Below, piece after piece: positions 62,248-64,000 of a stretch of DNA of 64,000 nt. The notes beneath the pieces are model-generated. The model was not told the origin of the DNA. It ran no database searches and worked only from the letters and a program-made list of their open reading frames with translations. How positions within the stretch are numbered: the stretch's first letter is position 1; every line of letters begins with the position of its first letter. The stretch lies in assembly GCF_044704955.1 (NCBI RefSeq), contig NC_091981.1:142662001-142726000 (forward strand), in the 5' to 3' direction. Origin of the DNA: Pristiophorus japonicus. Taxonomy: Eukaryota. The position numbers were made by a program, and so were the translations under genes.

Positions 62248-62512
62248 CCAAATACAATTGAGAATTCAGGAGAAACTTCTTTACCCAGAAAGTGGTTAGA
62301 ATGTGGAACTCACAATCACAAGGAGTAGTTGAGGTGACTATCATCGATGCATGTAAGTGGAAGCCAGATAAACACATGAGGGAGAAAGGAATAAAAGGAT
62401 ATATTGAAGTGGTTAATTGAAAAAGTTTGGGAGGGAGGAGCATAAACACTGGAATGGACCTGTTGGGCTGAATGACCTGTTTCTGTGTTGTAAATACTAT
62501 GTAATACATAAA

Positions 62513-64000
62513 CAGTCAGTCAGTCATAGGCAGTCCCTCGGAATCGAGGAAGACTGACTTCCGCTCCCAAAGTGAGTTCTTTGATGGCTGAACAGTCCGA
62601 TATGAGAGCCACAGATCCTGTTACAGGTGGGACAGACATTCGTCGAGGGAAGGGGTCGGTGGGGCTGGTTTGCCGCGCGCTCCTTCCGCTGCCTGTGCTT
62701 GGCCTCTTCATGCTCTTTGCGTTGAGACTCGAAGAGCTCAACGCCCTCCCGGATGTACTTTCCCCACCTCGGGCGGTCTTCGGCCAGGGTCTCCCAGGTG
62801 TCAGTGGTGATGTCGCACTTTACCAAGGAGGCTTTGAGGGCGTCCTTATAATGTTTCCGCTGTCCTCCTTTGGCTCGTTTACCATGAAGGAGCTCCGCAT
62901 AAAGCATTTGCTTAGGGAGTCTTGTATCTGGCATGCGAACTATGTGGCCTGCCCAGCGAAGCTGATCGAGTGTGGTCAGTGCTTCAATACTGGGGATGTT
63001 AGCTGGTCGAGGACACTGATGTTGGTGCGCCTGTCCTCTCAGGGGATTTGCAAGATCTTGCGGAGACATCGTTGGTGATATATCTCCAGCGACTTGAGGT
63101 GCCTTCTATACATCGTTCATGCCTCAGATCCATACAGGAGGGCGGGTATTACTATAGCCCTGTAGACCATGAGCTTGGTGGTAGATTTGAGGGCCTGGTC
63201 TTCAAACACACTTTTCCTCAGACGGCCAAAGGCTGCACTAGCGCACTGGAGGCGATGTTGAATCTCTGCATCGATATCTGCCTTTATTGATAAGTGGCTC
63301 CCGAGATATGAGAAATGGTCCACGTTGTCGGGGGCCGCGCCGTGGATCTTGATGATTGGAGGGCAGTGCTGAGCAGCGGTGACAGGCTGGTGGAGGACCT
63401 TTGTCTTATGGATGTTAAGCATAAGGCCAACGCTTTCATATGCCTCAGTGAATAAATTGACTATATCCTGGAGTTCAGTCTCTGAATGTGCGCAGACGCA
63501 GGCATCATCCGCGTACTGCAGCTCAACGACAGAGGTTGGGGTGATCTTGGACCTGGCCTGGAGGCGGTGTAGGTTAAACAGCTTCCCACTGGTTCTGTAG
63601 TTTAGTTCCACTCCAGTGGGGAGCTTGTTGATTGTGAGATGGAGCATGGCGGCGAGGAAGATTGAGAAGAGGGTTGGAGCGATGACACAGCACTGTTTGA
63701 CCCCGGTCCGGACGTGGTTTGGATCTGTAATGGATCCGTTGGTAAGGATCACGACTGCATGTCATCGTGAAGCAGGCGATGGATGTTGACAAACTTTTGG
63801 GGGCATCCGAAATGGAAGAGGACGCTCCATAGACCCTCACAGTTGACAGTGTCAAAGGCCTTTGTAAGATCGTAAAAGGCCATGTATAAGGGCTGGCACT
63901 GCTCCCTGCATTTTTCCTGCAATTGGCGTGCTGCAAAGATCATGTCTGTTGTGCCCCGTAGGGGACGAAATCTGCATTGTGATTCCGGGAGGAGCTCCTC
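62513..64000 (-). mobile_element. RTE-clade LINE (RT to 3' end), running off the window
   Basis: MIFAARQLQEKCREQ, FYDLTKAFDTV, LQYADD and LRWAGHIVRMPDTRLPKQ; tail (TGAC)n. Confidence 0.92.

Larger units (their letters stand above)
58985..62505 (+). mobile_element. Old CR1 LINE broken by three later insertions
   Basis: CR1 RT motifs (ANVIPIFKK, FQKAFNKVPH, PQGSVLGPQLF, KFADDTKLG) occur in order across 58985-59480, 60096-60660, 61765-61991 and 62250-62505. Confidence 0.78.

Overview
Eukaryotic vertebrate genomic DNA, most likely a cartilaginous fish (inferred from CR1 LINEs with (TTTCTATG)n tails, SacSINE1-like DeuSINEs and abundant Harbinger/Penelope/Gypsy repeats). One complete host gene is present: two-exon SOSTDC1 (+, 17006-17225 and 18683-19131, 222 aa) with a TATA promoter. 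A divergent CpG-rich promoter at about 11.2-11.6 kb (RFX X-box, CRE, CCAAT, YY1) precedes a 15-nt first coding exon (MAAAE) on the minus strand, probably LRRC72 by synteny. Most of the rest is decayed, heavily nested transposable elements: four Gypsy copies, three solo-LTR-like elements, two large PIF/Harbinger elements (24.5-34.5 kb and 42.0-58.7 kb) that host the nests, many Harbinger MITEs, CR1 and RTE LINEs, and Penelope-like elements with hammerhead-ribozyme motifs. No prokaryotic genes or CRISPR arrays. I cannot claim a wholly new system. The best leads are SOST-like termini in this SOSTDC1, an RT/RNaseH-less but in-frame Gypsy, MITEs that carry strong splice donors, and the hammerhead motifs. 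All family assignments are from motif recognition; no database searches were run.
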